Of a stretch of DNA of 64,000 nucleotides, positions 12,535-26,748 are shown in pieces. The stretch is from contig OX597818.1 of assembly GCA_951406725.2 (NCBI GenBank), positions 91,512,001 through 91,576,000 of the forward strand, in the 5' to 3' direction. Position 1 is the stretch's first letter. Every line of letters starts with the position of its first letter. This stretch comes from Octopus vulgaris (Eukaryota). The notes below the pieces were generated by a model. The model made no database searches and had not been told where the DNA came from. It saw only the letters and a program-made list of their open reading frames with translations. The translations under genes were made by a program, and so were the position numbers.

Positions 12535-15500
12535 AATGATCTCTGACAACTATATCTGGTCTGTTGGCCTTAATTTCTCTATCTGTGTGTATCGGCATAT
12601 CCCAGTGTATGGTTGCTTTCTCGTTTTCTGTGACCTTTTCTGGTGTGTGCCTATACCATCTTTTTTCTGTTGTTATTCCATAATGTTGGCATAGTTTCCA
12701 GTGTATATAGGTCCCAAATCTGTTGTGGCTGTGAATATATTCCTTCTTAGCCAGGACTGGGCAGCCAGAGATAATATGATTTATTGTTTCTTGTCCATCT
12801 CCACATATTCTGCAGTTACTTGTTATATTTCTTTTCGTTACATGTTTTTGGTAATTTCTGGTGGGTGAGGCTTTGGCAATTAAAAATCCTTCTGTCTCTG
12901 CTTTGAGTCCTGAGCTTCTCAACCATTGTTGGGATTTTTCTTTGTCTATTTCTTTTGCATTGAGTTTAGTCCAGTATTTACCATGAAGGGGTTTTTCTTG
13001 CCATCGTTTTATCATGGTTCGTTGCTGTTCTATTTTTAGTTTGGATTTCATTTGTTTTATAGCTTTTGTTGTTTCTTCATCTTCTTCTTCTTCTTCATAT
13101 TTGTTAGGTGGTATGATTTCTTGTTTGTATTTAACAGCTTCCTTAAATACTGAGAACAGTCTTTTGTTTTGCTCGTGTTTTGCCGCTATTTGTATCAGTT
13201 TTCCTTCCTTATTTTTCTTGGTTTCCTATCTATATTGGTCAGTTCATTTAGTGTCCAGTTAAGGATATTGTAGCTGTAACTTATAACTGGGACGGCTAAA
13301 GTGTAAATACCTATTATCTTGTTTTTAGCATTGAGCTCTGTTTTCAGTATTGATCTAACTCGTCTATAATATTCTTTTTTTATTTTCTCTTTCATTTGTG
13401 TGTGTTGTGTCTTATCTAGTTCATGGTTTCCTAAGTATTTGTAAGTTTGGCTTTGGTCTAATTCTTTTATTTCATTTGTTTTATCTAGTGTGATGTTGCT
13501 TCTCTTAATTAGTTTTCCTCTTTTCAGGGTTACTTTGGCGCATTTCCTTAATCCAAATTTCATATCTATTTCTTTGGTAAATCCATGAACTGTCTTTACT
13601 AATGTTTCCAGCTGTTTGTCATTTGTAGCGTATAGTTTTAGGTCATCCATATATAAAATGTGGCTGATCTTTTTGCTGTAACATTTATATCCGCATCCAG
13701 TTCGGTTTAGCATATCCGATAGAGATGACAGTGCTAAGCAGAAAAGGAGTGGAGAGAGTGTAGCTCCCTGGAATATTCCTCTTCTAATGAGGATGGCTTT
13801 GGTTTTCACAAGTCCCTCTTTTGTTTGGAGCTCTAGCACTGTTTGCCATTTATTCATAGAGTGTCCTATGTACTTTATAATTGTTGGTGCAACTTTGTTC
13901 ATGGCTAGCGTTTCGAGAATCCATGTGTGGGGGATGCTATATAAACGCCTTTTTGTAGTCGATCCAGGCCATACTGAGGCCTTTCTTCTTTCTGTGGCTG
14001 TCTTCAGTTATGGCTTTATTGATCATTAGTTGATCTTTACAGCCATATGAGCCTTTGCGGCATCCTTTCTGTTCTTCTGGAAACAGGTTGTTTTCGTCCA
14101 GGTGCTTGTTCAATCTTTGCGATATTAATGCAGTACATTTGCGATATTACTGCAGTACATTTGCGATATTACTGAAGTACTCCCTACTTGTACATTGTAG
14201 GGAAACAGGTTATAGGTCTGTAGTTTTCTGCTTTTGCTGTCTCATTTGATTTGGGAATTAAGATGGTTTTCCCCTTTGTGAGCCATTCAGGCATTGTCTC
14301 TAGCTCTGCCAGGATGTTGTTAAAATTTTCAGCCAGCTTTTTGTGCATTCCTGTTAGATATTTCAAGCAGAAGTTGGGGATCTTGTCATGCCCAGGTGAC
14401 TTCCAGTTGCTTAGTCTTTGCAGTTCCTGGGTGACCTCTTCAGTTGTTATGGGGTCCAAAGTTGCTCAGATGCTGAATTTGTTGTTTTAATACTCCTTTT
14501 TTTTGGTTGTTCGTTCGCCGACCATATTTCTCTCCAGAATTCTTCCGCTTCTTCTGCCGTTGGTGCTGCAGTGATTTCTATTTTATTTTTGCCAAGTTCT
14601 TGGTAGAACTTTTTGGGGTTGGAGTTGAACTGTTTGTTTTGTTCAAAAAAACGTTGGCGTTTCTCGTACCGGCGGATCCTTTGTGTTTTGGCAAGGATAT
14701 CTTGCTTCAGCTTATGTTTTATCTCAGGTAAATCTTTTTCTGTGGTGTTGTATTTGCGGAGTATTTTTGTTTTCTATTTGTTGCTCAGTAGCGTTGATTG
14801 TCTACTGATTTCATTAAGAATTGACAGATCTTTTCTCATTTTTTGTATTTTGTTTTGGATGTTATTTATCCACAAGGTTTGTTTAGGTGGTGGTACTCCT
14901 GTTTGAATGGGTTTGAGTGAGTATCCAGCTTCTTTTGTGACTGCAGTGGCTGCTGCGTATACTAAGTCATTTAGCTCAGTGACATCGCTTTTTGTTTCAG
15001 TGGCTATTAGTTCCGTGACAGCTTGTTTTATGCTGTTTATTATTGATGTTGTTGTTTTGTCTATTTTGATTTTTGGGAGGTATGGTCGGTGGTCCATTTT
15101 GAGCTCTGTGGTTTTCAGTTCTTTGATTATTCTACTTTTTATAGTTTCATAATCATTAGGCTCCCCTTCGTTGTTTCCAGGTTTTAGATTTGTGTCGCTT
15201 TTTATCTCATCCGTATGTTTGTTCGTCGTGTCTTGGCTTGCTGTTTGTCGTGTATTATTATGTATCCTTACGGTCTGGGTTTGTTGTTTTTTGTTTACAT
15301 CGTTTTTGTCGGAAATGTTACGTTTGTCTTCGTGTTTTACTGTTGTGGCTTCTATCTACATTTTCCTGATGTATTTTTTTCTTTTAAATGTTCTATTTCT
15401 ATTTCTGATATTTTTTTACGTTGAGAATATATCTCCGTATATTTGCTAGTTTATTAGGTTTCATTGTTGTATCCAGGTCTTTAGTTATGTTATTTTTCTT

Positions 15501-16127
15501 CCATATTTTGTATGAATGTGTTGTTGTATTTTCATTCTTTGGGTAGAGCACTGCTGTAAAGTAAGCGTGTAGGATAGAAATGTATTCCTCACGTGTCCAT
15601 TTATGTCTTTTGGTTTTTATTTGCGGGACACGAGGAACAACGTCCGGCCCATTATTTTGACGGTCGTCATTTTCGTAGGGTACCGGTCCGTTCATTTCTG
15701 TTGTCACATTGTTTTGCACGTGTAGTTTTTCGTATATTTTATGTTGTAAGTTTACAGTACGTACTCCCGATTGTTATTCTTGGGTTGAATAATACCGGTA
15801 TTATTTAATTTATTCGTAGCTTTTTTGTACATGGTGTTTGGGGCCGGAGATGATCTGGTGTTGATGGATCGTAATGTATCAAGCATGTTTACATGTGTTG
15901 TGTTAGAGGTGCAGATGATATCGAGTTAAAATACATCATTTCGTTTTGAAAATAGTAATAAATTTCAATGAGTATTACTTACTCGTATATAGTCCAATCC
16001 TTTGTCAGTTATTTTTTAGCTCCATGCGATGTCTTTGTTTCCGATGTTTGTGGATAGATTTCGGAGCACTGTTTTATCGCTCTCACATGTTTAACGTCCC
16101 CAGTGTCTGTTTAAAGTCCCCAGTGTC

Positions 16128-16128
<1 letters not shown>
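12535..16128 (-). mobile_element. R4/Dong-clade non-LTR retrotransposon (RT + CCHC + restriction-like endonuclease), frameshifted and 3'-truncated
   Basis: Consecutive minus-strand fragments: KWTREEY N-terminus; NWKSPGHDKI...NYRPITC (RT0-2); RGIFQGATLSPLLF; HILYMDDLKLY; YKYLG; CRICG..ETINHIISGC; RPDIVV. Homology stops just after PDIVVRDH. The 5' end abuts (TAA)n. Confidence 0.88.

Positions 16129-16203
<75 letters not shown>
16129..16203 (+). repeat. (TTA)n microsatellite
   Basis: Seen directly. Confidence 0.98.
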
Positions 16204-16204
<1 letters not shown>

Positions 16205-16355
16205 GGCCGTGACCTAGCAGAGTAGTTAGCTATCCGGATAAGATGCTTAGCTGCATTTGTTCCGCCTTTACTTTCTAAAATAAAAAAGGCCGCCAAGATC
16301 GAATTTACCTTTCATTCTTCCGGGGTCGATAAAGTAAGCACCACTTGTGCACTGG
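16204..16355 (+). mobile_element. Nin/Deu-domain SINE fragment
   Basis: cctttcattcttccggggtcgataaagtaagcacca matches the core of the SINE at 55963-56460. Confidence 0.7.
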
Positions 16356-16370
16356 GAAAAAAATTGAAGG

Positions 16371-16388
16371 TGGTAGTGGTAGTAGTAC

Positions 16389-16430
<42 letters not shown>

Positions 16431-16432
16431 CT

Positions 16433-16514
<82 letters not shown>
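16371..16514 (+). repeat. (TAG)n/(CAG)n compound trinucleotide microsatellite
   Basis: Seen directly. Confidence 0.97.
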
Positions 16515-17255
16515 CATCATACTTATTTTCATTATCATCAATTTCACGACTCGAATACAAGCTCGACGTCAAAGATCCTACATCCTTATAAGATAATAAT
16601 ATTAGGCTTCCTTTCAAATGTACAATCTTCAGATTAAAATACAGATAATTTTTCCATTAGGAACGTCATCTTTAATAGGGTATTGTCAAATATTTCAACT
16701 TTTAACTAGAGGGGATATCAATCTATTACATCTAAGAAGATTAAGTCAAATTTATAGGACTGTTAATAATAATTACAGGAATCTTTAAAGATATGAAATG
16801 GGAGCCATTTTTTTTTCTTTTTCTATTATAATAGAATATCCAAATTATACTAAACAGAACAAAGTTAAATCGCAGAGACATCTCGGAACACTTTTAATCT
16901 GACAAGAAAACAATGAAATAATTGGTTTTAATGGCAGTAGATGTAGCTTCCTATATCTTTTTTTATTACATTAGCAGTTTCTTTTGCTTTCCCATCGTTG
17001 ATATTTCATTCGTTCTCGACACACTTCGAACTTTTAGTTAGATTATCATAGTTAAGTGTTCTTTGTACTGGTGCAGACGCACACATACACGCAAAGAGAC
17101 GGTGACGAGGCATACATGTATACATAAGCACACGCGCACACACACAAACACACTCACACATTCACGCACATGCCCATATGGCGCACATTTCCTAGCCTTT
17201 CGAGTATGTGGCACACGTGTTCATACACTTATTATATATATGTGTATCTATATAT

Positions 17256-17337
<82 letters not shown>

Positions 17338-17354
17338 CAAACACACACACACAA

Positions 17355-17395
<41 letters not shown>

Positions 17396-17408
17396 CATAC
17401 ACACACAT

Positions 17409-17456
<48 letters not shown>

Positions 17457-18137
17457 CTTACTTTTTGTTTAACGTAAGATCAGTGCAACAAGAACTTCAT
17501 GCACTGATAAATAATTATCATTTAAAGTAGACAGTAGAAAAATACGTGTCACTAATAGTTACATGCACTGGACACGCAAGTCTATGCAGTTTTCTTTTTC
17601 TAACACACCTCATGTCACCAGTTTATTCAATTTACAAATCAAGACTTTAGAACAAAAGTAATTATGAGAAAAATAGTGAAGAATGTAAATGCAAAATCGG
17701 AATGGAGAGAATCCTTTTTAGAAGTTAGAACTAGCCATTCCACATCACTAAATTCCGGATGAGAAATCTACAGCAAATGCAAATGTATGGCCAAATTTCT
17801 TTGGCCGAATTGTAGAACACAACCCTTTTCTGATCGGGCAGCTCCCTAGCGGAATTCAGAACCTTCTCCGTTCAATCATTCTACAATTAGCTGTATTATG
17901 GCTTTACGGTTGAAGAAGACATAACTCTATTCACCCTTCAAATTTTGCGTCTCTCTTCGCTTTTTAATTCTCATGATTTCCTTTGTTTTAGCATCCTGGT
18001 TTTTAAAATCAATAGGCCATGTCCTCGGACACTAAAGTTGCTTGGAAACTCAAAGCATGTTATAAAATACTTTTTCGTCATGAATGCATCAAACTATTAT
18101 TGACTCAATCTTTATATTGTTTACATTAAATGGTATG

Positions 18138-18193
<56 letters not shown>

Positions 18194-19238
18194 GCGATAA
18201 TTACTTATAAATACGAAAACAAAATATCCACTATAGGTAAGAAAATAAGCATTGAAAAATGACTAAATCTTGCGTTCCTGAGAACGTTCAAGAGATGACT
18301 TTATCTATAACAGAAATTCACAGCATTTAAAAAGATGTGCATGTTAGATATAATTGAAAGTTTAGTTGATTCTTAGGACATGATGTTGCCAGTATTTGTA
18401 CGTATTTATAAGTAATTATTTCTAGAGTAATAGCGATAAATGTCTGAAACTAAAGAGTGAGTTTTGAATATGGCATCGGGGTTTGTTTTCAGATACAGAG
18501 AAAATTAAATGTGACGCGTATAAAGTAATACTATTAGTTTCAAATTGTGGCCCAGGGCCAACATTTTCGGGTATTGCAGTAAGTCGATTACATCGGTCTT
18601 GGTGTTCCACTTCTACTCATTTTATTGACCCCGTGAGGGTAAAGGGTAAAATTGAACTCGGCGGAATTCGAACTCACACAGGTACAGACAGGTGGAATTC
18701 TGTTAAGCATTTTGGCACTTCTTTTATTTTTTATTTTAGACTTTCGTATTATCTTCAAACACTCTAACGTACACTATTTAGTGGAATCTATTCATGACAA
18801 TTGTGTATGCTGTGTAAAGAAGAATTTGGATTTATCGTTATAGAAATGTTTCTTAGTCGTAAGCTTAGCAGTGTTGGTGACATGAACTTTATACACTCCA
18901 GAATCGGAAGCAGCCCACTGTGAATTGTTCGAAGAAGAATTCTAAAATAATATTTTCGTACTAAAATCTTTAAGAAATAAATTGTCTGTATAACACTAAA
19001 ATGAATTAACCCCGATCATTTTCGACTCCAGTTGAGATTAACTCAAATAAATTTACGCAACTAAAAATATAGCCTTCGGGAAAATAAAAGTAAAGAACAT
19101 AGGAAAAATACAAATATGCGAACTTTCAATTTTACTTCCCACTTGAATTAATGAAAAAATATCCATTGTGTATTGTCAAAACAAAACGAAGTAATGATTT
19201 TTTTAAAACATTTATTTTCTTAGTTTCGTTTTAAGGTT

Positions 19239-19293
19239 TTTATTTATTTATTGAACAAACCAAACATTTAAAATTTACAAAGCTTAATTTATT
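19239..19293 (-). terminator. Candidate polyadenylation signals of the S-crystallin mRNA
   Basis: AATAAA on the minus strand at 19288-19293 plus overlapping copies at 19239-19252, about 180-230 nt after the stop codon. Confidence 0.5.
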
Positions 19294-19472
19294 GGTTGCA
19301 TTGCAATATTACCTTTCTGTTTCGAAGACCTTATCCATATTTTCAACTGAAGGTGGAGTTAAAACTCCATTGTCATATATTTTCATACACATTACTTTGA
19401 AATGAAACAGTAATATACTTCCTAGATTGAAAAAATTGTTTACATTCATATTCGTCTTTGTTTTCTTGTCCT

Positions 19473-19637
19473 TTAAAAATCGGTGCGGGATCTCTTTTGA
19501 AGGTAGCTCGACATTTTCGGGTGGCTAATTACACGTTCCCTCAATGCTTGAAGTTTCGGATAGCTACGGAGGAGGGATTCATCTTCCATCAGTGGATTCT
19601 CCAGAGCGCAGAAACACATCATATCAGCCATGGTTAT
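19473..19637 (-). CDS. S-crystallin exon 6 (last coding exon)
   Basis: actcag|[57 protein letters not shown]. The six exons total 648 nt = 215 aa plus stop, with no interruption. Confidence 0.97.
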   Translation of the reverse strand: MTMADMMCFCALENPLMEDESLLRSYPKLQALRERVISHPKMSSYLQKRSRTDF

Positions 19638-21119
19638 CTGAGTAATGAAGTAGATTCAAACATAAATTAATATATGCAAGTAAAAAAGCGTTAGTATTTG
19701 TATAACATTATGTGTGTAGAAATGTGAATTTTTATCTGAATTTTTACTTTTCTTGGCAGGAAAAAGCAGAGTCTTTTGTGTTATATTTACATGCACTCCA
19801 ATGTTCTTAGCGAAGCACTGTTTGTAACACTCCATTCTCTTTGAGAAATTTTCTCTAAGGAAAATATTACCGCTAGTAATGTTCTCCATTTGTTAGTGCT
19901 GTTACACATTGTAAATATTATCCACACCGGTTCTTTAGATATATTTCATATAATTTCATTGAAGTGTCACTCATTTAAATATGCTAACTAACATACACAC
20001 AATGGATTTAATTTACGAATTGTACTTATTCCATTCATCTTAGTTTGATGAATGGGAGGAATTCACTAGGTACGATTTGAACTCATGTCGCTAAGGGACA
20101 ACATTAAATTACATAGATTATTTTTATCCAATGATCTGATTCTTTTAAAGATGACCAATTCTTGGAATTTATAAAATCTGGTGTGATAACCGCGGAAGTC
20201 GGAGAGAGAGCTATGACAACGTATCTTTGCAGGATTCCCCAACCAATGGACAATCTCCAACTATACAAGATGTTTCTCAGTCCAGTATTTACAGGCATAT
20301 ATTTATAACTTTAAGTACTTCGACAATCAATGTACCAAAAGAGGATTATTTCAGATTCCCTCGAAAGATTATAAAATGTTTATTTAAGATCTGTTTACCG
20401 ACACTAAACTACCTTCGACACTGTAAATATCTACACCTCATCTTACAGTACAGAAGTATCACACATGGATTATTTCCCCTCATCTAATGTGCAAATGTTT
20501 CTGTATTAACTGATGATTGCTCTGTTAATTGGCTGCGTTGATTCAATTACTGCTAAGCATCACAATGTCTGTTCATTTAACTGGTCATATGTATTGCTTT
20601 CAAATATTTTGCAGCAATAGTGATGCCTTGTAACACTCATATGAATGAATAGAAAGCATTTCATTTTACTTTGGAATGTCTAATACAGCACTGCGTTTTT
20701 GGTTTAGGCACAGGGCCAGCAACTGAGAGGAGAGAAGATTAGTCGTCAACATCGAATTCTTTACTCTATGGTAACTCTTTTTATCGAGGATGTTTTATTT
20801 CTCTTGGACTCAGTGATTAACAGCTAGGTTTTAATTTTTTTAGGATCATAACAAAATTCGAAATAACTACATGAATATGTATGTCTTATTAGTTTCCTTA
20901 GCTGAGATTCAAATCAAACTTTTATGTAAAAATATACATTATAGACATGACAGCTATGCAAAACGAGATAAAGAGAAACTACACGGTGGTTTGTCTAGCA
21001 ACAATTATTTAGTACTCCAGCAAATAAAAAGATACTGACTTAGAGGATAAAAGATCGCATGATGTGAGGATTAAAGACAAGTTGGTTATGGTAGGGATAC
21101 TATTGACAAGTTTATTTAC

Positions 21120-21227
21120 CTGGTCACCCATGAAGAACTGGCTTCCATTGTTGTGCATCTCCAATGTTCTTTCCATGAAAGGCAGGATTCTGCGACAGGT
21201 TTCTTGGTATCTCATGCGCTGCTCAGA
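21120..21227 (-). CDS. S-crystallin exon 5
   Basis: ggcag|[36 protein letters not shown]|gtaaat. 108 nt, phase 0/0. Confidence 0.96.
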
Positions 21228-21369
21228 CTGCCACGATAAATTTAATGATATTTTTATACATGGTCATTTCAAAGGCCACTTATTTTTTTATATTTGTTCA
21301 AACAATCTCACATACCCACACACATGCACACATATGCAAACAAACAAACACGCACACACAGAGATACTC

Positions 21370-21520
21370 ATATTTCTTTACTGCCCACAAGGGGCTAAAC
21401 ATAGAGGGAACAAACAACGATAGACAAAGGGATTAAGTTGATTACATCGACCCCACTGCGTAACAGGTACTTAATTTATGACTGAAACAAATAAAAGAGT
21501 AAAGAGTAAGAGTTTATATG

Positions 21521-21588
<68 letters not shown>

Positions 21589-21851
21589 CATATATCCTTT
21601 CTTCTCTTACTTGGTTCACTTATTTGACTGCAGCCATAATGGAGTACCCAGTTAAAGGTGATTTTATTCGAAGAAATCGACTCCAGGACTTATTCTTTGT
21701 AAGCTTGGCATTTATTCTATCGGTGTGTTTTGCCGAACTGCTTAATTACAAGGACCTTAACACATCAACATCGGCCGTCAAGTGAAGGTGATGGTGTTGG
21801 GGATGGGGGAGAAACATAGGCGCAATGACATACACATAACTATATAAATAG

Positions 21852-21907
<56 letters not shown>

Positions 21908-22082
21908 TTTTACTTGTTTCTGTCATTTGACTGCAGCCATGCTGGAGCACCGCCTTAGTCGAACAAATAGACCCGGGTACTTATTCTTTGTAAGCCCAGT
22001 ATGGAACCAAGGTGCCACGCAGTGGGAGTGAACCCGGAACCATGTGGTTGGTAAGCAAGCTATTTACCACTCACCCACTTCT
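21370..22082 (-). mobile_element. Cluster of SINE fragments separated by (TA)n tracts (intron 4)
   Basis: Segments match the tail of the 55963 SINE (21370-21480), and the tail and head of the 35536 SINE (21595-21785, 21905-22082). Confidence 0.75.
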
Positions 22083-23339
22083 ATATAACGAAAACATGCC
22101 GACCGAGTGAAATTACTCTGCACTCCATGCAACCGTAGATCTACTCCCTTAAATCACAAGGAATTTTCTTCGTAGTTCGTGGACCGTGTTACACAGCAAG
22201 AAATACTAAAACTGGGATATTAAAATAAATGAAATAAATAAATAAATAAAGTAAATTAATAAATTGATCTCAGCCGATTTCGACGATGAGTATGCAGTTG
22301 TTTTATCAGCTGAACTACTACTTTATTAAATATTGTGCTCATTGTACAAGTAGGAGAGATGTGCACCCGTAATCTAATTCTCGATGCCAACAGCGTGACA
22401 CCAATCGAAAATGACTTGTGGTTTATAATTGTAATCTGAGTGAGGGATATTCACGAGGATTTTCCCGCAACCGAATTCAACTAGAAAGTCTTCAGTGTAT
22501 TCCAGTCTATGTTAAATGTCACATAACTAAGATTCTACCTAGTGTGGTGGGATGCGAGATATCTTGATTGGTTGGTGAATATATAACCATCAATATATGC
22601 AGTTGTTACAATATATACAGTTGTAGATATGCTTCCATATGTATAACTGTATGCTCTCTAAAAGAATCTACAAATATTCCCTAGATTAGATTTCTACATT
22701 TACAGGAAAATATTATTCCGAACTAGCAAATATTAAAAACATTTTGGCATTTTACTACGTCATATCACACCACGAGCAAGTATTAAAATATAGGATTATT
22801 GGAATAGCTAACTTTATATGTGACGCCAAACAATATTCCACTTAAATAGAAAAGTACAGGTCATTTATTAATCCTTTTCAATCCATAATCCTTTCCAATT
22901 TATCCTAAATTAGCCGCTAATGGGAATGGTAATTACATCGGTGGTTATACAATATATTTTGAAGAATACATTATCCATAGTTCTCTTTGATAATGAATTA
23001 CTTTAGATTAATATAAAAATCAGATATATTCCTTGTTTAATGTTAATATTTCACGGGCCAATGAGATTAATTTTCGCATCATATAACATGGCATCAACAC
23101 GCACACACACACACATACATATACACACACACAGAAACACACTCATACAAGTGAGAGTGTGGTATCAGAAAGTACCAGGACTAGTTCTGTAGTACCTCAA
23201 CAGATGGCAGATTTGCTTTCCGACAGAAAATTGTGTACTTGTTGCACACACTCTTGAAATCATGCAATAGATTCTAAACAGCTTCTCACGCGCATCAAAG
23301 GGTTTTCGTCTGATCATCATCAGCAAGAAAACTGTGTTT

Positions 23340-24150
23340 GCCTATAAACCCATTTGTGACCATGCTCCCGCCGTTGCCCCTACTGTATATGCTGATGGGA
23401 AAGCATTAAAACTGTTTCCTCCTTCACTTGTCTTGATGCAATTATGTCCAGTGTTGTTAAGATGAATAAAGAAATTGACCCCAGAATTGGGAAGGCTAGC
23501 TCCACGTTCGCTAAGATATATCTCAGGTTTTGGGACAGCCCCCATATATCGTTGAAGGTGAAAATTGATGTATAGAATCCGTTGGTTTGTCATCATTGCT
23601 TTATGGCGCCGAATGTTGGAGTCTTTACCGAAAATACATCATCCAGTTTGATACTCTTTTTACACCATTCTTGCGTATTATCTCCAACATAAAACCGAAT
23701 GACCATATGAAGAACAGTGAGGTACTAACAAAATAAATACAACATATCAGGTATTGAAGCTATCATTATTACAATACAGCTTAGATAATCAGGTCATCTC
23801 TCACGTATGAGTGATATCAGAATTCCGAAGCAACTTCTCTTTGGCCAGTTACCAACAGGAAGGTCAGTTGGAAGGCCTCTTTTGCAGTTCAAAAGAAATT
23901 AAAAGTCAATCTGAAGCAATGCAAACATTCCCCTCTCCTTCTGAGAAAATAAAGCATCAGAACGCAGGACCTGGCTGCAGATCTACTTCTCAGTTCAAAG
24001 ATTTGAGCAAAGTCGACTCCAACATCGGGACCAGTTCCGTGCAAGCAGGAAAGCACGGTGGCAAAATGCTACTCCTCTAAATATAAACCTTATCTGTCAT
24101 TGTGGTTTTGTACCACGAAGCAACCTTGCCGTCCACTCAAGGAAACACAT
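23340..24150 (+). mobile_element. RTE-clade LINE 3' fragment (RT thumb and C-terminal C2H2-like motif), decayed
   Basis: KEIDPRIGKASSTFAKI...ISLKVKIDV*...SSLLYGAECWSL, later CHCGFVPRSNLAVHSRKH. Contains stops and frameshifts. Confidence 0.8.
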
Positions 24151-25475
24151 AATAAATTATCTACAAACACTCGAGTCTTCAACTTGTTTAGTTTGCCAAA
24201 ATTTTACTGAACACTGATTTGTCGTTCACAGCGAGAGAATCCATCATAATATATATTATTGTTGTCGGTTTCGTGGCGTTGTTGTTCTTATACATGACAG
24301 ATTTGTATATACGCCAAACCCTAGATACGACAGACTCGTACATATGACAGGATCTTGTACACTGATACACACACATACGCATGCACGTACACACATGTAT
24401 ATATGTACGTGTGTGTGTCTGTGTGAATCATAGTGTTTGTGTTTGTTCCCCACCATCTCTTGAGAACCAGTATCGACATATTTATGTTCCCATAAGTAAA
24501 AAGTTCAATAGAATAAATATTACACTTAAAATGATTACTGGTGCCAATTTTGTTCGTCTAAAAACTTTGAGTGGGTGTCAAAGCATGGTCGCAATGATTG
24601 AAGCAAGTAAAATAAATAGAAGAGAAAAGGATGTAGTCTAATACACATCCGAATATACCACAGGGGCATGTTTGAGATAATTCTCTAATAATTCTTAATC
24701 AGGGTTCACAATAACATGTTAGGGAATATAAATCTATTATGATTTATTATGTTAAAATGTATATTTATTTGATGCAATTGTGTGGTATAGAGGCAGGCAT
24801 GACATTTTGGAAAGAAACTTTCTTCTCAACAATATAGTTCCGGTTCAGTACCATTGCGTGACACCTTGGGCATATGTCTTCAGATATAGCACCGGGGTGA
24901 CTAAACTCTTGTAGGTGGATTTTATTGTGGCAAGCCAAAAGTAATACCTCGCGCGTACGCGCACGTGTATTGCGTGTATGTCATTGGTTTTCTCCCTCAC
25001 CATAACTTGATAATCGGGTTCTATCAAGGTGGTGTCCCTAAAAAGGTGCAGTTCATTGATTGAAACATGCAAAAGAATACAATTTCACGTAGTATTTTAC
25101 AAACTATGTATATCAGTATTTAACATCATTCTGGTGTCACTGGGGACTCTTGACGTCAAGAATAATGAATCATAACTTGGAACTTCCACGCGTAATATAT
25201 TATTACTGGAGAGTGTTTAAGTCGAACTCAATGTGATAATTTGAATTGAATTTCATAAGCTTTAAGATAATTCAATATATCGATGTGAAATAAAGATATA
25301 TAAGTAATGTTCGTCTAAGATTATTTTCGTGTTATAATTAACAAAACCATCATACGGGGCTGTCGGTTAGCGGGTCTAAGACTTGATCTAATATTTTGTT
25401 ACGTATTTGAAAAGATGTTTTTAATTCATGATGCTGTCACAGTTATGCATATATATATATCTTAGTTAGATCGAT

Positions 25476-25586
<111 letters not shown>

Positions 25587-25607
25587 GAAGATATATATAA
25601 ATAATAA

Positions 25608-25835
25608 ATGCGCCCTTTTTTTTAAAGGCTCATGAGCCCGGTTTCCCGGTTTCAATGCCGTATGCGTTCTCCAGTTGAACAGGACGCCAGTGCATCGCAG
25701 CATTACTCATTATTGCCAGCTGAGCGGACTGGAACAACGTGAAATGAAGTGTTTTGCTCAAGAACACAACGCGTCGCCCGGTCCATGAATCGAAACCACA
25801 ATCTTACGATCACGATGCTGAGCCACGCGCCTCCA
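25608..25835 (-). mobile_element. tRNA-derived CORE-type SINE with tail Y
   Basis: Head ggaggcgcgtggctcag...gtggtttcgattc, core ttgagcaaaacacttcatttcacgttg, tail gaaaccgggaaaccgggc. A plus-strand relative lies at 42616-42860. Confidence 0.8.
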
Positions 25836-26559
25836 CATAGATATAGATATACAATATAGATAACACACACACACTCACACACACAAACACGCACACACAC
25901 ACATACACACACACACATATATATAGATAGATAGATAGCAAATATATATATATACATACATTGGTATACGCATCCACTTTTGCACACATACGCAACTTGC
26001 ACTCATAAAGCGAAAAGGACAGAGAGAAACAGGGAGAGAGAGAGAGAGAGCGAGAGAGAGGGAATATATCATGAAGCTGTGTGGATTTGATAATTAAACT
26101 AAAGAGAAATTAATGCTCAACTCCCTTCCAATTTCTGAAACAAATTAAGTTAATGGCTCTTCATGCAAGTATACCTTTCTCGTGTTTAAAAAGCTTTCCT
26201 ATTTTGCTGCCATTTAAATTACTTAAGTTATTAAGTATATTTTGAAACCTATTAACTTCATAAACATATAGATCCTTTTATCATAAACACTTCGAAAGTA
26301 TTTATTACTCGTTTGCCTGTTAGCTGCCAAAATGTGCAAAGTGATATTTGGAAGGCACATATATATATTTTCCCGATTTTCGCTGCGATTGGGAGCATCG
26401 ATTTTTTGTTAATTGATTAAGCTATGCGTCCTGTAGAAACGCTAGAATCGTCAAATAGCCGCAATTCTCTGTTACGTATTAGTATTATGATAATGTCAAC
26501 GGTCAATACAAAAGCTTTATGTCTGTAAAAGACAAATATTTGAAAGTATTATTACTCAC

Positions 26560-26589
26560 TGAACCGTCCATTTCTTTGGATCTTTGGAA
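26560..26589 (-). CDS. S-crystallin exon 4 (30-nt microexon encoding the inserted loop peptide FQRSKEMDGS)
   Basis: ttttcag|TTC CAA AGA TCC AAA GAA ATG GAC GGT TCA|gtgagt, phase 0/0. It supplies the loop expected between 'GRMM' and 'SExRMR' in long-loop S-crystallins. Confidence 0.92.
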
Positions 26590-26710
26590 CTGAAAAGAGA
26601 AATTATATACTATTATATAAACAATCAGCTTCGTATATCGTTTGCTATATATGAGTGAGCGCGTGTTTAAGTGTCTAAGTGTGTATGTTATTGCGTGTGT
26701 GTTTTGTGAA

Positions 26711-26748
<38 letters not shown>

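Noticed and set aside
16305-16617. Poly-Ser/Thr/Val/Leu ORFs resembling mucin or signal-peptide proteins
   Set aside because: Pure (TAG)n/(CAG)n microsatellite open in several frames.
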